A stretch of 64,000 nucleotides of DNA from an uncultured Bdellovibrionales bacterium (GTDB lineage Bacteria; Patescibacteriota; Minisyncoccia; Moranbacterales; UBA1568), in contig CAZQLN010000001.1 in assembly GCA_964594215.1 (NCBI GenBank), positions 103,638 to 167,637 of the forward strand, given 5' to 3'. Position 1 is the first letter of the stretch, and each line of letters begins with the position of its first letter. The notes under the pieces are model-generated. The model ran no database searches and was not told where the DNA came from. It saw only the letters and a list, made by a program, of their open reading frames with translations. Of this stretch, positions 20,002-29,716 are shown in pieces. The position numbers and the translations under genes are program-made.

Positions 20002-22113
20002 CTAGGGAGTATATTGCCAAATTATAACTTCTTCATCTGGGAGGCTATAAATACGTTTGAAATCAGGTATTTGATCAAAAATAAACAAGAGGGTTTCTTG
20101 AGAGTTTGCTATGTAAGGTCTTTTGGCATAGGGGTTATTTGGGCTGGTACTTGCGTAGTAGACGTAGACCTCTTGCTGAGGAAGAGTAGGGAGGCCGTCT
20201 GATTTTTTAATTACTTTGAGTATGTCGTCAGAACTTTCCTTCACCAGAGTTATTTCAGAGATAAGGCTTGCTTTTTCGTGTGTCTCTGAGAAAAAACGAA
20301 TACTTTGAGTTAGACGATCAAGATCTTCGATGTAGTCATAAAGCGGAGTTTCGGTGTCTAGGCGTTGAAAAACAGCTTTTTGGTAGAGTTTATCAAATGA
20401 ATCTCGTTTGACATAAAAGAGAGGGTCATCACTTTTGAAGACAGTTACTTGAGCATGGGTGCGGAGTAGGTTTTCATTTCCATAAGTCATAACGACAGCT
20501 TTATTACCTATATTGGCACGCATCCAATTAGCAGAAACTACTTGTGATGGTGTAATCAGGTATTGTTTTAGGTTATTGATGTAGAGGGCTCCACCTACAT
20601 TAATCAGAAAGCAAAAAATAAGAACATAGGGTAACCAATGGAAAGAAGAAGTTTTTAGTAGAGGTAACCAGAGAAAGAAAAAAGCTACACCAAAGAGAGC
20701 AGCAAAACCAAGAGCTCTTTCTGGTAAAAGCGCAATATCAAAAAATCTCGGCAATATTTCAGCTAGACAGAAAAAGAATAGACTACTGACAAGCAAAATC
20801 ACACCCTCGGGTCGCTCAGAGAGTTTTATCTGAGAGAAAAGATTTTTTCTAAGAAGCTGAATAGCCACTAAGATACTTACTAAAAAAACTGGTCCAGCGT
20901 AGAAGAGATAATAGCGAGCTACTCCCGAAAGAGTAGACCAGCCAACCGTCATACCGTCTATATTAGTGTAATTGAGAGGATAGGAAAGGTTGAGATGACT
21001 TGAACTTAAGAGAGGATAGATTCGTCCTAGCCAGTAGAGAATAAAATGAAAGGCGGTTCCAAATAGAGAAATAGTTTGCAGGGTGAAGAGTATTCCGAGA
21101 AGGGTAATAAGGAGGGGATTTTTTCGATAGATTTTTTTGATATTTTGACGATAAAATAGGAGGGTACTAACGAGCCAAATGAAAAAAATAATGCTGGCTG
21201 CCTCATGATAAAAAGAAAGACTAAGAACAAGGAAGCCTCCGAAGAAAAGGAAGAAACTATCCTTGTTTAGAAAACTTTGAAGCATGGAGACACAAAAAAG
21301 AATCAACCCAATATTAAGGAGGGCTTGTGGAATGGGGGTAGAAATATAAAGAGCGAATGAGGCTGTTACGAAAGGTAAAAAGTAGACGAGTGTTTTTGTC
21401 GCTGTATTTTGAAAATGCTGTGCAAGTAGGGAGAGTGGCAAGATAAGTAAGAAGAAGAAAAAAGGTAAAACGTATTTGAAATAGGCGTAGCCATCCACTC
21501 CAGCAGTGACTATAAAAATATAACTTAAAGATGAGAAAAGGGGTCGATAGAGATGAAGGGGAGTGACCTGACCTTGAGAGAATTCTTTTTGGTACAGAGA
21601 AAGCCAGTAATAAGGATCAAGATCTGGTAAAGCGTAGAAGGCACGAACAATAATTAATACAAAAAGGAGAAAAAAAATTGAAATAGCGGTTATGATAGCG
21701 AGGTCTTTTTTAGGAAGGAGAATTCTTTTATCAAGGAAGTGGGGGTAAATTATGATCGCTAAAAGAAAACTTCCCAACGTAAGAAAAAGAGGCACGTAGG
21801 GTGTAATGGTATGAAACAAGGTGAAAGTGAGAGTGACGAAGAGAGGCGGAATGATGAGGCTAAGAGTAGTTGCGATGAAGATTCTTTCTAACCAACTAAA
21901 AGTTCTTCTAGCGAGTCGCTCAGTGATGGCAGTGAGGTTTATAGCAGTAGTCGGAAGAAGAGTAAAAAGGAGAGTGAACTGACAAAACAGAGGAGAGAAT
22001 GGGAAACTATCGGGAAGTAAGATACAAAGAATAGCTACAAAGAAAACAAAGACATTAAAAAAGAAGAGCTTGCCAAACCTTAAAAAATATGTGATAGGAG
22101 AGGGAACGGGCAT
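20002..22113 (-). CDS. Large polytopic membrane protein, probable GT-C-fold transferase
   Basis: At least 14 hydrophobic segments, loop PDLDPYYW, soluble C-terminal domain; downstream of GT2/DUF2304 pair. Confidence 0.55.
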   Translation of the reverse strand: MPVPSPITYFLRFGKLFFFNVFVFFVAILCILLPDSFPFSPLFCQFTLLFTLLPTTAINLTAITERLARRTFSWLERIFIATTLSLIIPPLFVTLTFTLFHTITPYVPLFLTLGSFLLAIIIYPHFLDKRILLPKKDLAIITAISIFFLLFVLIIVRAFYALPDLDPYYWLSLYQKEFSQGQVTPLHLYRPLFSSLSYIFIVTAGVDGYAYFKYVLPFFFFLLILPLSLLAQHFQNTATKTLVYFLPFVTASFALYISTPIPQALLNIGLILFCVSMLQSFLNKDSFFLFFGGFLVLSLSFYHEAASIIFFIWLVSTLLFYRQNIKKIYRKNPLLITLLGILFTLQTISLFGTAFHFILYWLGRIYPLLSSSHLNLSYPLNYTNIDGMTVGWSTLSGVARYYLFYAGPVFLVSILVAIQLLRKNLFSQIKLSERPEGVILLVSSLFFFCLAEILPRFFDIALLPERALGFAALFGVAFFFLWLPLLKTSSFHWLPYVLIFCFLINVGGALYINNLKQYLITPSQVVSANWMRANIGNKAVVMTYGNENLLRTHAQVTVFKSDDPLFYVKRDSFDKLYQKAVFQRLDTETPLYDYIEDLDRLTQSIRFFSETHEKASLISEITLVKESSDDILKVIKKSDGLPTLPQQEVYVYYASTSPNNPYAKRPYIANSQETLLFIFDQIPDFKRIYSLPDEEVIIWQYTP

Positions 22114-22127
22114 GTTTCTGTTCAGGC

Positions 22128-22478
22128 TTAATGATTTTTGATGTCTTTTAGACTGTCGTTTCGAGTCAGGGTGGTTATTTGTTGTTCGAGTTTCTCGATA
22201 GCGGAGAGGAGTTTGAAAATCATCAGAAAAACCATGAAGAAGCCAGCAAGAATCACGGCATTGATATTACCTTCGATACCAATGAGTTTAGCAAGAGTGT
22301 TACTGATATCAGGAAAAGTGACTACGAGAGCCATCCCTCCCCAAATAACGATACGGACTAGGAGTTTCAGCAAAGTTTGATTATTCTCTTGTTTGACGTA
22401 ATTTTGCAAACCCTTAGTAATCATAATAAGGGCAAAAGTAACAATAATAATCTGATAGAGAGCGAAGTGCATAGGCAT
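22128..22478 (-). CDS. DUF2304-family small membrane protein (GacJ-like)
   Basis: Three TM segments, FP...LAKLIGIE, C-terminal IEKLEQQITTLTR; adjacent to GT2. Confidence 0.8.
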   Translation of the reverse strand: MPMHFALYQIIIVTFALIMITKGLQNYVKQENNQTLLKLLVRIVIWGGMALVVTFPDISNTLAKLIGIEGNINAVILAGFFMVFLMIFKLLSAIEKLEQQITTLTRNDSLKDIKNH

Positions 22479-22493
22479 GTAGTTAGGAGTGAA

Positions 22494-23165
22494 TTAAGAG
22501 ATCATATTCCAAATAATCTTGTAGAGTGTTTTCAGACCATTAGCGAAACTTTGTTTTTGGATTTTACCCATGCTGTATTCAGTATAGCGTACCTCAATGG
22601 GGATCTGCGCGTAGCGCAATTTATGAAGATAGATCTCACGAATAACTTCGCTATCGTATTCATAACGGTCAGTACGGGTATTGATAAGATCAATAGCATG
22701 ACGAGAATAGGCACGAAAACCCGACTGACTATCCGAAACCCAAAGACCGTAAATATACCAAGTGAAGGCGTTACCGATATGATTGGCGAGAATCTTGTAC
22801 CAAGGCATACCCTTGGGATTCTTGAGCCGTGTACCAAGAACGACATGGCAAGCACCTTCTTGGATGGGCTTGATAAGCTCTACTATATCTGTGGGATTAT
22901 GCTGACCATCACTATCCATAGTGACAACAATTTCCACGCCCAGATGCTTAGCTGCTTCTATACCGGTTTTAGTAGCCGCTCCTTTACCTCGATTAATCTT
23001 GTGACGTAGAGCTATCACGTCTGGTATGGAACGAGCTACTTCGTAAGTATCATCATGACTGCCGTCATCAACGATGATAATCTTACGATATCCAGCATCT
23101 TGAATCTCTTTGACGACGTCTCGGATAATCTTGGCTTCGTTGTAGGCAGGGAGGACTATCCACAT
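22494..23165 (-). CDS. GT2 polyprenol-phosphate glycosyltransferase (DPM1/GacI-like)
   Basis: PAYNEA, VDDGSHD, NRGKGAA, TMDSDGQH, SDSQSGFRA. Confidence 0.9.
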   Translation of the reverse strand: MWIVLPAYNEAKIIRDVVKEIQDAGYRKIIIVDDGSHDDTYEVARSIPDVIALRHKINRGKGAATKTGIEAAKHLGVEIVVTMDSDGQHNPTDIVELIKPIQEGACHVVLGTRLKNPKGMPWYKILANHIGNAFTWYIYGLWVSDSQSGFRAYSRHAIDLINTRTDRYEYDSEVIREIYLHKLRYAQIPIEVRYTEYSMGKIQKQSFANGLKTLYKIIWNMIS

Positions 23166-23276
23166 ACAGAAATTGCTGGAAAATATCTTAGTTTCTCTAT
23201 TTTAGCAAGAAAAAAGGCTTAGGAAAAGCGCTTACATTTGCCCTAATGGGGCATTTTTTGTACAATAGAGGAAACT

Positions 23277-24218
23277 ATGGAAAACCAAACACCGTATTTG
23301 TCAGTCATTGTACCTCTCTATAATGAAGAGGGGAACGTGTTGGAACTACATCGTCGTATCCATGAGGCCCTTGTGAAGATAGAGCGACCTTTTGAGATTA
23401 TCTTTATAGACGATGGTAGTCAGGATAAAACTATTGAGTTGGCTCGTACCCTCTCACCACTCAAATTGATCGAATTTCGAAAGAACTTCGGTCAAACCGC
23501 AGCTTTCGATGCTGGTATCAAGGCAGCTCGTGGGGAGATAGTGGTCACTCTTGATGGTGATCTCCAAAACGATCCAGCTGATATACCACTTCTTCTTGCC
23601 AAGATGGAGGAAGGTTTTGATGTAGTCTCTGGTTGGCGCTTCAAGCGTAATGATCCTTGGAGTAAGAAAATTCCTTCACGAATTGCTAATTTTCTGCGCA
23701 GTATTCTCATTCAGGATCAAATTCATGATTCCGGTTGTAGTCTTAAGGCCTATAAACGGGAGTGCTTCGAAAACGTAGATCTCTTTGGTGAAATGCATCG
23801 TTTCATGCCGGCCCTTCTTATGCTTGATGGTTTTCGAGTAGCAGAGGTCAAGGTCTCACATCATCCACGAATCCACGGGGTGACTAAGTACAACTGGAAA
23901 CGTGGCGTGAAGGGGTTTGTGGATATGATTGCCATTTGGTTTTGGCGCAAATATTCATATCGACCCATCCATCTTTTTGGTGGAGCAGGCATTCTGCTCT
24001 CTTTTCTGGGAACTATTATTCTGCTCTGGATGCTTGTAGAGAAGTTTGTTATGGGCAATGCTATCGGTGATCGCCTCTGGCCTATTGCCGGTATCTTCTT
24101 CGTTCTTATGGGAGTGCAGCTTTTTGTAGCAGGATTGCTTGCTGATATGTTGGTGCGCAACTACTATCAAGCTCATAGTCGCATGAACTATAGTGTGCGT
24201 AATACCCGAGAGCAATAA
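23277..24218 (+). CDS. GT2 ArnC/GtrB-like undecaprenyl-phosphate glycosyltransferase
   Basis: PLYNEE, DDGSQD, NFGQTAA, DGDLQNDP, DSGCSLKAY, HRFMPAL; two C-terminal TM helices. Confidence 0.92.
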   Translation: MENQTPYLSVIVPLYNEEGNVLELHRRIHEALVKIERPFEIIFIDDGSQDKTIELARTLSPLKLIEFRKNFGQTAAFDAGIKAARGEIVVTLDGDLQNDPADIPLLLAKMEEGFDVVSGWRFKRNDPWSKKIPSRIANFLRSILIQDQIHDSGCSLKAYKRECFENVDLFGEMHRFMPALLMLDGFRVAEVKVSHHPRIHGVTKYNWKRGVKGFVDMIAIWFWRKYSYRPIHLFGGAGILLSFLGTIILLWMLVEKFVMGNAIGDRLWPIAGIFFVLMGVQLFVAGLLADMLVRNYYQAHSRMNYSVRNTREQ

Positions 24219-24261
24219 CTCACTCTTAATTTCCTGATATTTTCAGGATCTCTGTTTGTCT

Positions 24262-24918
24262 ATGAAACTTCATCGCGGTAATTTTGAAAGTAATCTGCTT
24301 TTTCTTCAAAAAAGTGGTCTTCTCGGGAGTCCTAAGCGTATTCTCGAAATTGGTTCTGGTCGTGGTGCCTTGGTTCGTAAGTTGCTCGATTTAGGTCATG
24401 AGGTGACTGGTACAGAGGTAAATCCCGAATACATGGAATATGCAGAGGATCAGTACGGAGTAAATTTAGTTTCTATTAGTACCGCCTCTACGGATTTACC
24501 CTTTAGGAGTGAGAGTTTCGATATTGTGGCGAGCTTTGACGTTTTCGAACACATCCCTAAGACACAGAAACACATCGAAGAAGTGAAGCGTATTTTGGCT
24601 CCTGGCGGAAGCTATCTGGTGTGTACCCCTAACAAATGGACTAATATCCCTTTTGAGATTTTGAAAGAAAGAAGTTTCACAAAATACAAAGAGTATCACT
24701 GTTCACTTCATAACTACTGGCAGATCCAAAAACGTTTTCATGATGCTGGATTTAGCACGCGCTTTGTGAAGGTACCTCTTGTCACCCCATACTTCATCGA
24801 GAAGATGCGTAAATACCTCGGCGGATTCGGAGTCTTGCTGGTTCGTGTGCTGAGGCCCGATAGTTGGCCTCAATGGATGAAGACAAACTTTTATTTGGTA
24901 GCGACTAAGAAATCTTGA
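24262..24918 (+). CDS. Class I SAM-dependent methyltransferase
   Basis: ILEIGSGRG; LPF..ESFDIVASFDVFEHIP; ILAPGG; TPN. Confidence 0.88.
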   Translation: MKLHRGNFESNLLFLQKSGLLGSPKRILEIGSGRGALVRKLLDLGHEVTGTEVNPEYMEYAEDQYGVNLVSISTASTDLPFRSESFDIVASFDVFEHIPKTQKHIEEVKRILAPGGSYLVCTPNKWTNIPFEILKERSFTKYKEYHCSLHNYWQIQKRFHDAGFSTRFVKVPLVTPYFIEKMRKYLGGFGVLLVRVLRPDSWPQWMKTNFYLVATKKS

Positions 24919-24920
24919 AT

Positions 24921-26231
24921 ATGAAGCTGACATTTATTGGGACGGGCTATGTGGGATTAGTGACGGGGGCATGTATGGCTGAATTGGGACATACGGTTAT
25001 CTGTGCAGATGTTGATGTCAAAAAAATCAATGGCCTCAAGAGAGGCAAGATGCCCATCTATGAACTTGGCCTTGATGAGCTGGTAGAAAAGAATGTAGAG
25101 AATGGCAGACTCTCTTTTACTACTAATGTTGGTAAAGCAATTAAAGAAGCGGACGTTGTCTTCAATGCCGTGGGTACGCCAGAGGACAAAAAAACCGGCA
25201 AGGCCGATCTCCAGTATGTGTTTGCGGTAGCTGAGACTTTCGCCAAAAACCTGAATGGCTATAAAGTTCTGGTCAACAAATCGACTGTACCAGTAGGTAC
25301 AGCTGATGAATGTCGCAAGCGCATTACTAAGTTTGCTCAGGCCGGTGCAGAATTTGACGTTGTTTCTAATCCAGAGTTTCTTCGTGAAGGAGCGGCTATC
25401 AAGGATTTTCTTAATCCTGATCGCGTAGTAGTAGGGGTGAGTAGTGAGCAAGCTAAGACTTTGATGGAAAAAATTTATCGGCCAATTGCTAGAAGTGGTC
25501 GACCAGTAATCATCACTGATATCAGGAGTGCCGAGCTTATCAAATACGCCTCTAATGCTTTCTTGGCTACCAAGATTAGCTTTATCAATGAAATAGCCAA
25601 TTTCTGTGAACATATTGGTGCCAATGTTAAAGAAGTAGCGCGAGGTATGGGTGCTGATAATCGTATCGGTTCACGGTTTCTCTATGCTGGTATTGGCTAC
25701 GGTGGGTCTTGTTTCCCAAAGGATGTACAGGCCTTGATAGAAACGGGCAAGGAATATGATTTTGATTTTCAGATTGTACAGGCAGTAGATCAGGTTAATG
25801 ACGTTCAGAAGATGCGACCTTTTGAAATTCTCAAGAGTGAATGGAAGAAGAATCTGAAAGGTAAGAAGATCGCCATTTGGGGGCTGTCATTCAAGCCACG
25901 GACTGATGATGTCCGCGAAGCACCCGTTAAAGGAGTTATCGAAGCCTTACTCAAGTCTGGCGCTAAAATTCAGGCCTATGACCCGGTAGCTATGGAGAGT
26001 TTCGAGACAGCTAATAGTCATATGAAGATACTGTATGTCCCCTCTGCCTACGAGGCTTTAGAGGGTGTAGACGCACTTCTGGTGATGACTGAGTGGGATG
26101 AGTTTCGTACAGCTGATTTAGCTCTGATGCAAAAAGCTATGAAAGGCAACCTTATTATTGATGGACGCAATATTTTCGAACGAAGCGAAGCCGAAGAAGT
26201 GGGTTTTACGTATTACGGTATTGGCGTCTAG
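24921..26231 (+). CDS. ugd: UDP-glucose 6-dehydrogenase
   Basis: IGTGYVGL, KSTVPVGT, SNPEFLREG, KYASNAFLATKISFINE, GYGGSCFPKD, FKPRTDDVRE, DGRN. Confidence 0.95.
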   Translation: MKLTFIGTGYVGLVTGACMAELGHTVICADVDVKKINGLKRGKMPIYELGLDELVEKNVENGRLSFTTNVGKAIKEADVVFNAVGTPEDKKTGKADLQYVFAVAETFAKNLNGYKVLVNKSTVPVGTADECRKRITKFAQAGAEFDVVSNPEFLREGAAIKDFLNPDRVVVGVSSEQAKTLMEKIYRPIARSGRPVIITDIRSAELIKYASNAFLATKISFINEIANFCEHIGANVKEVARGMGADNRIGSRFLYAGIGYGGSCFPKDVQALIETGKEYDFDFQIVQAVDQVNDVQKMRPFEILKSEWKKNLKGKKIAIWGLSFKPRTDDVREAPVKGVIEALLKSGAKIQAYDPVAMESFETANSHMKILYVPSAYEALEGVDALLVMTEWDEFRTADLALMQKAMKGNLIIDGRNIFERSEAEEVGFTYYGIGV

Positions 26232-28081
26232 ATGAATATCATGAACCCAAGAACATTAGGTCAGAAAATACTTGAACCGCAGAGTCTTTTTGGAATAGTC
26301 TTGCTAGCCTATCTCTTTTTTGCCTTTTGTCATTTAGGGAGTTTCGTGACTGCTGATGAGGGTCACTGGACCTACGAACGTATCCCAGCCTATTTCGTAG
26401 CCTGGCAAACCATGGATCTTGAAGAGACGTTTATTAACGACAAGCCCGGGGTAGCACTAGCCTTGGTCAATCCAGTAGCTACAGCTCTCTATCCAGACTC
26501 AGAAAGCCACTGTGATGAAGGTAAGGATAAAATCGTTACCTGCAGAACAACGGATTCCTCGGCCCTGTATAAGGCTTTCCGTATACCAATTGTCTTAGTT
26601 AATGCGCTGGTTTTAATTTTTCTCTTTTTTGTTATTGGGAGACTGACCAATCCATGGATCGCGCTTTGGAGCACGCTCCTTATTGGCCTATCACCACCCT
26701 TGGTAGGGATTTCACAAATAGTTAATCCAGATGCTTTGCTCTGGTCATTGGCGAGCTCGAGCTTGTTCTCCTACTTCTGGTGGCTCAAATCGGGGTCATG
26801 GCGAGCAGTAGTTTGTACGGGTTTGTTTCTTGGTTTTGCTATGCTCTCTAAGTATGTCGCTCTTATTCTCATTCCCTTTTATCTAGGAGTGATTATTCTT
26901 CGCTTTCTTGTCCTCGGTGATGATGAATTGCCAGCGCCGCGAGAGACACTCTTACGTGACCTTAAGATGTTGGCTCTCAGTATTGTGTTGGCCTTGATTA
27001 TTTTTGCTTGTTTTTTACCAGCTCTAGTCATTCATACGGCGAGAATAGGGGAGTTTTTGGGTACGGTAGAGGGAAAGAGAATGCTCTTCGGTATAGGATC
27101 CATACCACTTTTTGTATTTCTTGTTGATACGTATCTTTGTAAGAGTAGGGGTTTGTTCATTTTGCGAGGTTTTTGTCAGCGTATCCAGGACTTTTTCTCG
27201 CTGTTGCCTGTGGTTCTGTTTGGGATTTTTGTACTTGTTATTTTGGTGCGGCTTGCCTTTCCAGAGCTTGCTGTTTTTACTACGGTACGTTTCGATACCA
27301 AAGAGTTGAGCAGTGCCTTCGATCTTCTTGGTCGAGCGCTTACTTGGTATGAGGCAGTCCTTCTTAATCTCACTCCAGTAGTCTATGCTCTGACGCCCAT
27401 TACTCTCGTCGGACTTTTGTTTCTTGCGCTAGAGATGCATCGCAAGAGACTCTCAAGTTATTATTTTTTTGCGGTCAGTATTACAATTTTTATTATTCTT
27501 TACGAAGCTATTCTTCTCTATACAGATGTTTTGGCGACTATTCGCTACAGTGTGATGGTTTATCCGCTACTCGGTTTTCTTGGTGCTCTTGGTTTCTGGC
27601 ATATCACCAAAATTCTACCCTTTGGCAGAAAAGAGTTGATTATCACGGCAGTTCTTTTTCTCGCATCGACCAGTAGTATCATGAGTATCAAACCGTTTTA
27701 TTTCAACTACACAATTTCTTATTACCAAAAACTCATGTTGTGACAGATGCTTGGGGCTATGGTGGGTACGAGGCGGCGGAGTATCTCAATGCTTTGCCGG
27801 ACGCGAAGAATCTTACAGCTTGGTCTGATTATTATGGCTTCTGTGAATTTTTTGTTGGTAAGTGCCTTACGGCATATAATTTCGATAAAAATACGATCAG
27901 TCCAGATTACTATGTTTTGACTAGACGGGGACGTATTCGTTATTGGTCACGCTATGAAACTTGGGAGAAAAACTCGGGTCTAGTTGCCTACAAATACTAC
28001 GATACTACCAACCCAGTCTGGGAGTTATTGATTGATAATAACAAACAGAACTACGTCAGAGTGTTTAAGGTAGAGAAGTAG
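26232..28081 (+). pseudogene. ArnT/PMT-family (GT-C) glycosyltransferase split by a 1-bp frameshift near 27711-27717 (ORFs 26232-27743 and 27740-28081)
   Basis: TADEGHW, NDKPG, NPDALLW, LSKY; restoring one base gives YFNYTNFLLPKTHVVTDAWGYGGYEAAEYLN, collinear with paralogue 30666-32945; could be a sequencing error. Confidence 0.75.
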
Positions 28082-28164
28082 ACCCTTTACAAGAAGAATA
28101 TTCCATGGTTAACTAGGAAACCGGTTCTTTGGGCGCAACGCTTTTTCCAGAAGGAGTAGAGGAA

Positions 28165-28434
28165 ATGAAATTTGAAATATCAGAGCAATGGGGGATTCGT
28201 TTCCGGGCTTTGATGAAACGTTTCCGTGATAGGCATGGTGACCTGACAGCACAGAGTCTTATTGCTATCGGAGAGACCATCTTCAGTGCCGTTGATCGGC
28301 AGGGTCCCAACGTCAAGGACGTGGTGATCATTGTCGGAACAGCGAGTAGGCAAAAGGGGGGTCGCAAGCAAGTAGTCATATCGCTTGGAGAGCTTCTCGA
28401 ACAAGTCAGGATTCAAAACCCCGAGGGACCATGA
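28165..28434 (+). CDS. Small hypothetical protein (89 aa)
   Basis: AGGAG/GAGG Shine-Dalgarno before ATG 28165; fills an intergenic gap; ends in a hairpin plus T-tract. Confidence 0.6.
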   Translation: MKFEISEQWGIRFRALMKRFRDRHGDLTAQSLIAIGETIFSAVDRQGPNVKDVVIIVGTASRQKGGRKQVVISLGELLEQVRIQNPEGP

Positions 28435-28460
28435 TGGTGCCTCGGGAGTTTTTCTTTTTT
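28415..28460. terminator. Intrinsic terminator, probably bidirectional
   Basis: aaaac-cccgagggacc-atgat-ggtgcctcggg-agtttttctttttt. Confidence 0.75.
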
Positions 28461-28524
28461 AGGCTCAATCTTGCTATACTAAAGCACATGGAGAGTGACT
28501 CGGAAGTTTTAGGTACGCTTTCCT

Positions 28525-28553
28525 ATTATACACCTAAATAGACTATTTGTCAA
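28525..28553 (-). promoter_or_regulatory. Perfect consensus sigma70 promoter on minus strand
   Basis: Reverse complement reads TTGACA (28553-28548), 17 nt, TATAAT (28530-28525). Confidence 0.7.
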
Positions 28554-28555
28554 GT

Positions 28556-29716
28556 ATGCGAGTCCTCTTTCTCAATTATGAATACCCGCCTCTTGGTGGT
28601 GGCGCTGCCAATGCTACAGAGTACCTCCTCAAAGAATACAATCAGGATGGAGCACTTTCTGTCGACCTTGTGACCTCTTCTCCAGTCGATACCCGCCAAG
28701 AAATATGGCTCGGAGAAAACATCTGTGTTCACGCTCTGCCTATTGGTAAAAATGGCAATAATCTTCATCACCAATCCAAAAAGGATCTCATAGTCTACAG
28801 TTTCAAGGCTTACTGGTATGCTAAGAAACTGCTTAAAACCCATCAATACGATGTCATTCATGCATTCTTCGGGGTGCCTTGTGGGGTGCTTGCTATGCGC
28901 CTGGGCAAGAAGTTTGATGTCCCGTACATTGTATCGCTTCGCGGAGCTGATGTGCCAGGTTACAGTGAACGCTTTGCATCACTCTATAATATTCTGACAC
29001 CGCTTATTCGTCTCGTTTGGCGTAAAGCCTTTCAAGTCATTTCTAACAGTCAAGGATTAAGAGAGCTTGCCCTTACTAGTGAACCAGGGCTCAAGATTCC
29101 GATTATCCCGAATGGCGTAGATACCAAAGAGTTTCCAGCTAAAGCAAGTGATACATTCTCAGATGAGTCGTTTACTGTGCTCTCTGTCTCGCGCTTGACT
29201 CCGCGTAAGGGAATTCGTTTTCTAATACAAGCTATAGCGTTGCTTCATCCGCGTTATCCGAAACTGCGACTTCTTATTGCAGGTGAAGGGGGTGAACAGG
29301 AGGCATTAGTGACTCAAGTCAAAGACCTTGATCTGAATGAAGAGGTGCAGTTTTTGGGCCGAGTAGAACACAACGAGCTGGTACATGTCTATCAAGGAGC
29401 CGATGTTTTTTGTTTACCGTCACAAAATGAAGGTATGAGCAATACTCTACTTGAAGCTTTGGCTACAGGGCTACCTATTCTTGCTACGGTAACTGGAGGG
29501 ACCGAGGAATTAGTAGTTGATGGAGAGAATGGTTACTACATAGAAAAAAATAGCGCAGAAGATATTGCAGAGAAACTTACACTACTCATGGAGGATCAAG
29601 GAAAATGCATAGCTTTTGGTCGAGCGAGTAGGTTGCGAGCGGAAGCACAAAGTTGGCAGGCGGTGGCGGATGCTTACATTCAGGTCTATACAGCCAGTGT
29701 GAACAAAAAGTTATGA
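28556..29716 (+). CDS. GT4 glycosyltransferase
   Basis: EYPPLGGG, IPNGVD, RKG, EGMSNTLLEALATGLP. Confidence 0.9.
   Translation: MRVLFLNYEYPPLGGGAANATEYLLKEYNQDGALSVDLVTSSPVDTRQEIWLGENICVHALPIGKNGNNLHHQSKKDLIVYSFKAYWYAKKLLKTHQYDVIHAFFGVPCGVLAMRLGKKFDVPYIVSLRGADVPGYSERFASLYNILTPLIRLVWRKAFQVISNSQGLRELALTSEPGLKIPIIPNGVDTKEFPAKASDTFSDESFTVLSVSRLTPRKGIRFLIQAIALLHPRYPKLRLLIAGEGGEQEALVTQVKDLDLNEEVQFLGRVEHNELVHVYQGADVFCLPSQNEGMSNTLLEALATGLPILATVTGGTEELVVDGENGYYIEKNSAEDIAEKLTLLMEDQGKCIAFGRASRLRAEAQSWQAVADAYIQVYTASVNKKL

Noticed and set aside
1-23200. Impression that the left part of the locus is more AT-rich (recent horizontal acquisition)
   Set aside because: Not quantified without computation, and no boundary repeats or mobility genes are visible.
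24232-24250. Short inverted repeat tcctga-tattt-tcagga between the ArnC-like GT2 and the methyltransferase
   Set aside because: Six-bp stem without a convincing U-tract; too weak to call a terminator or operator.
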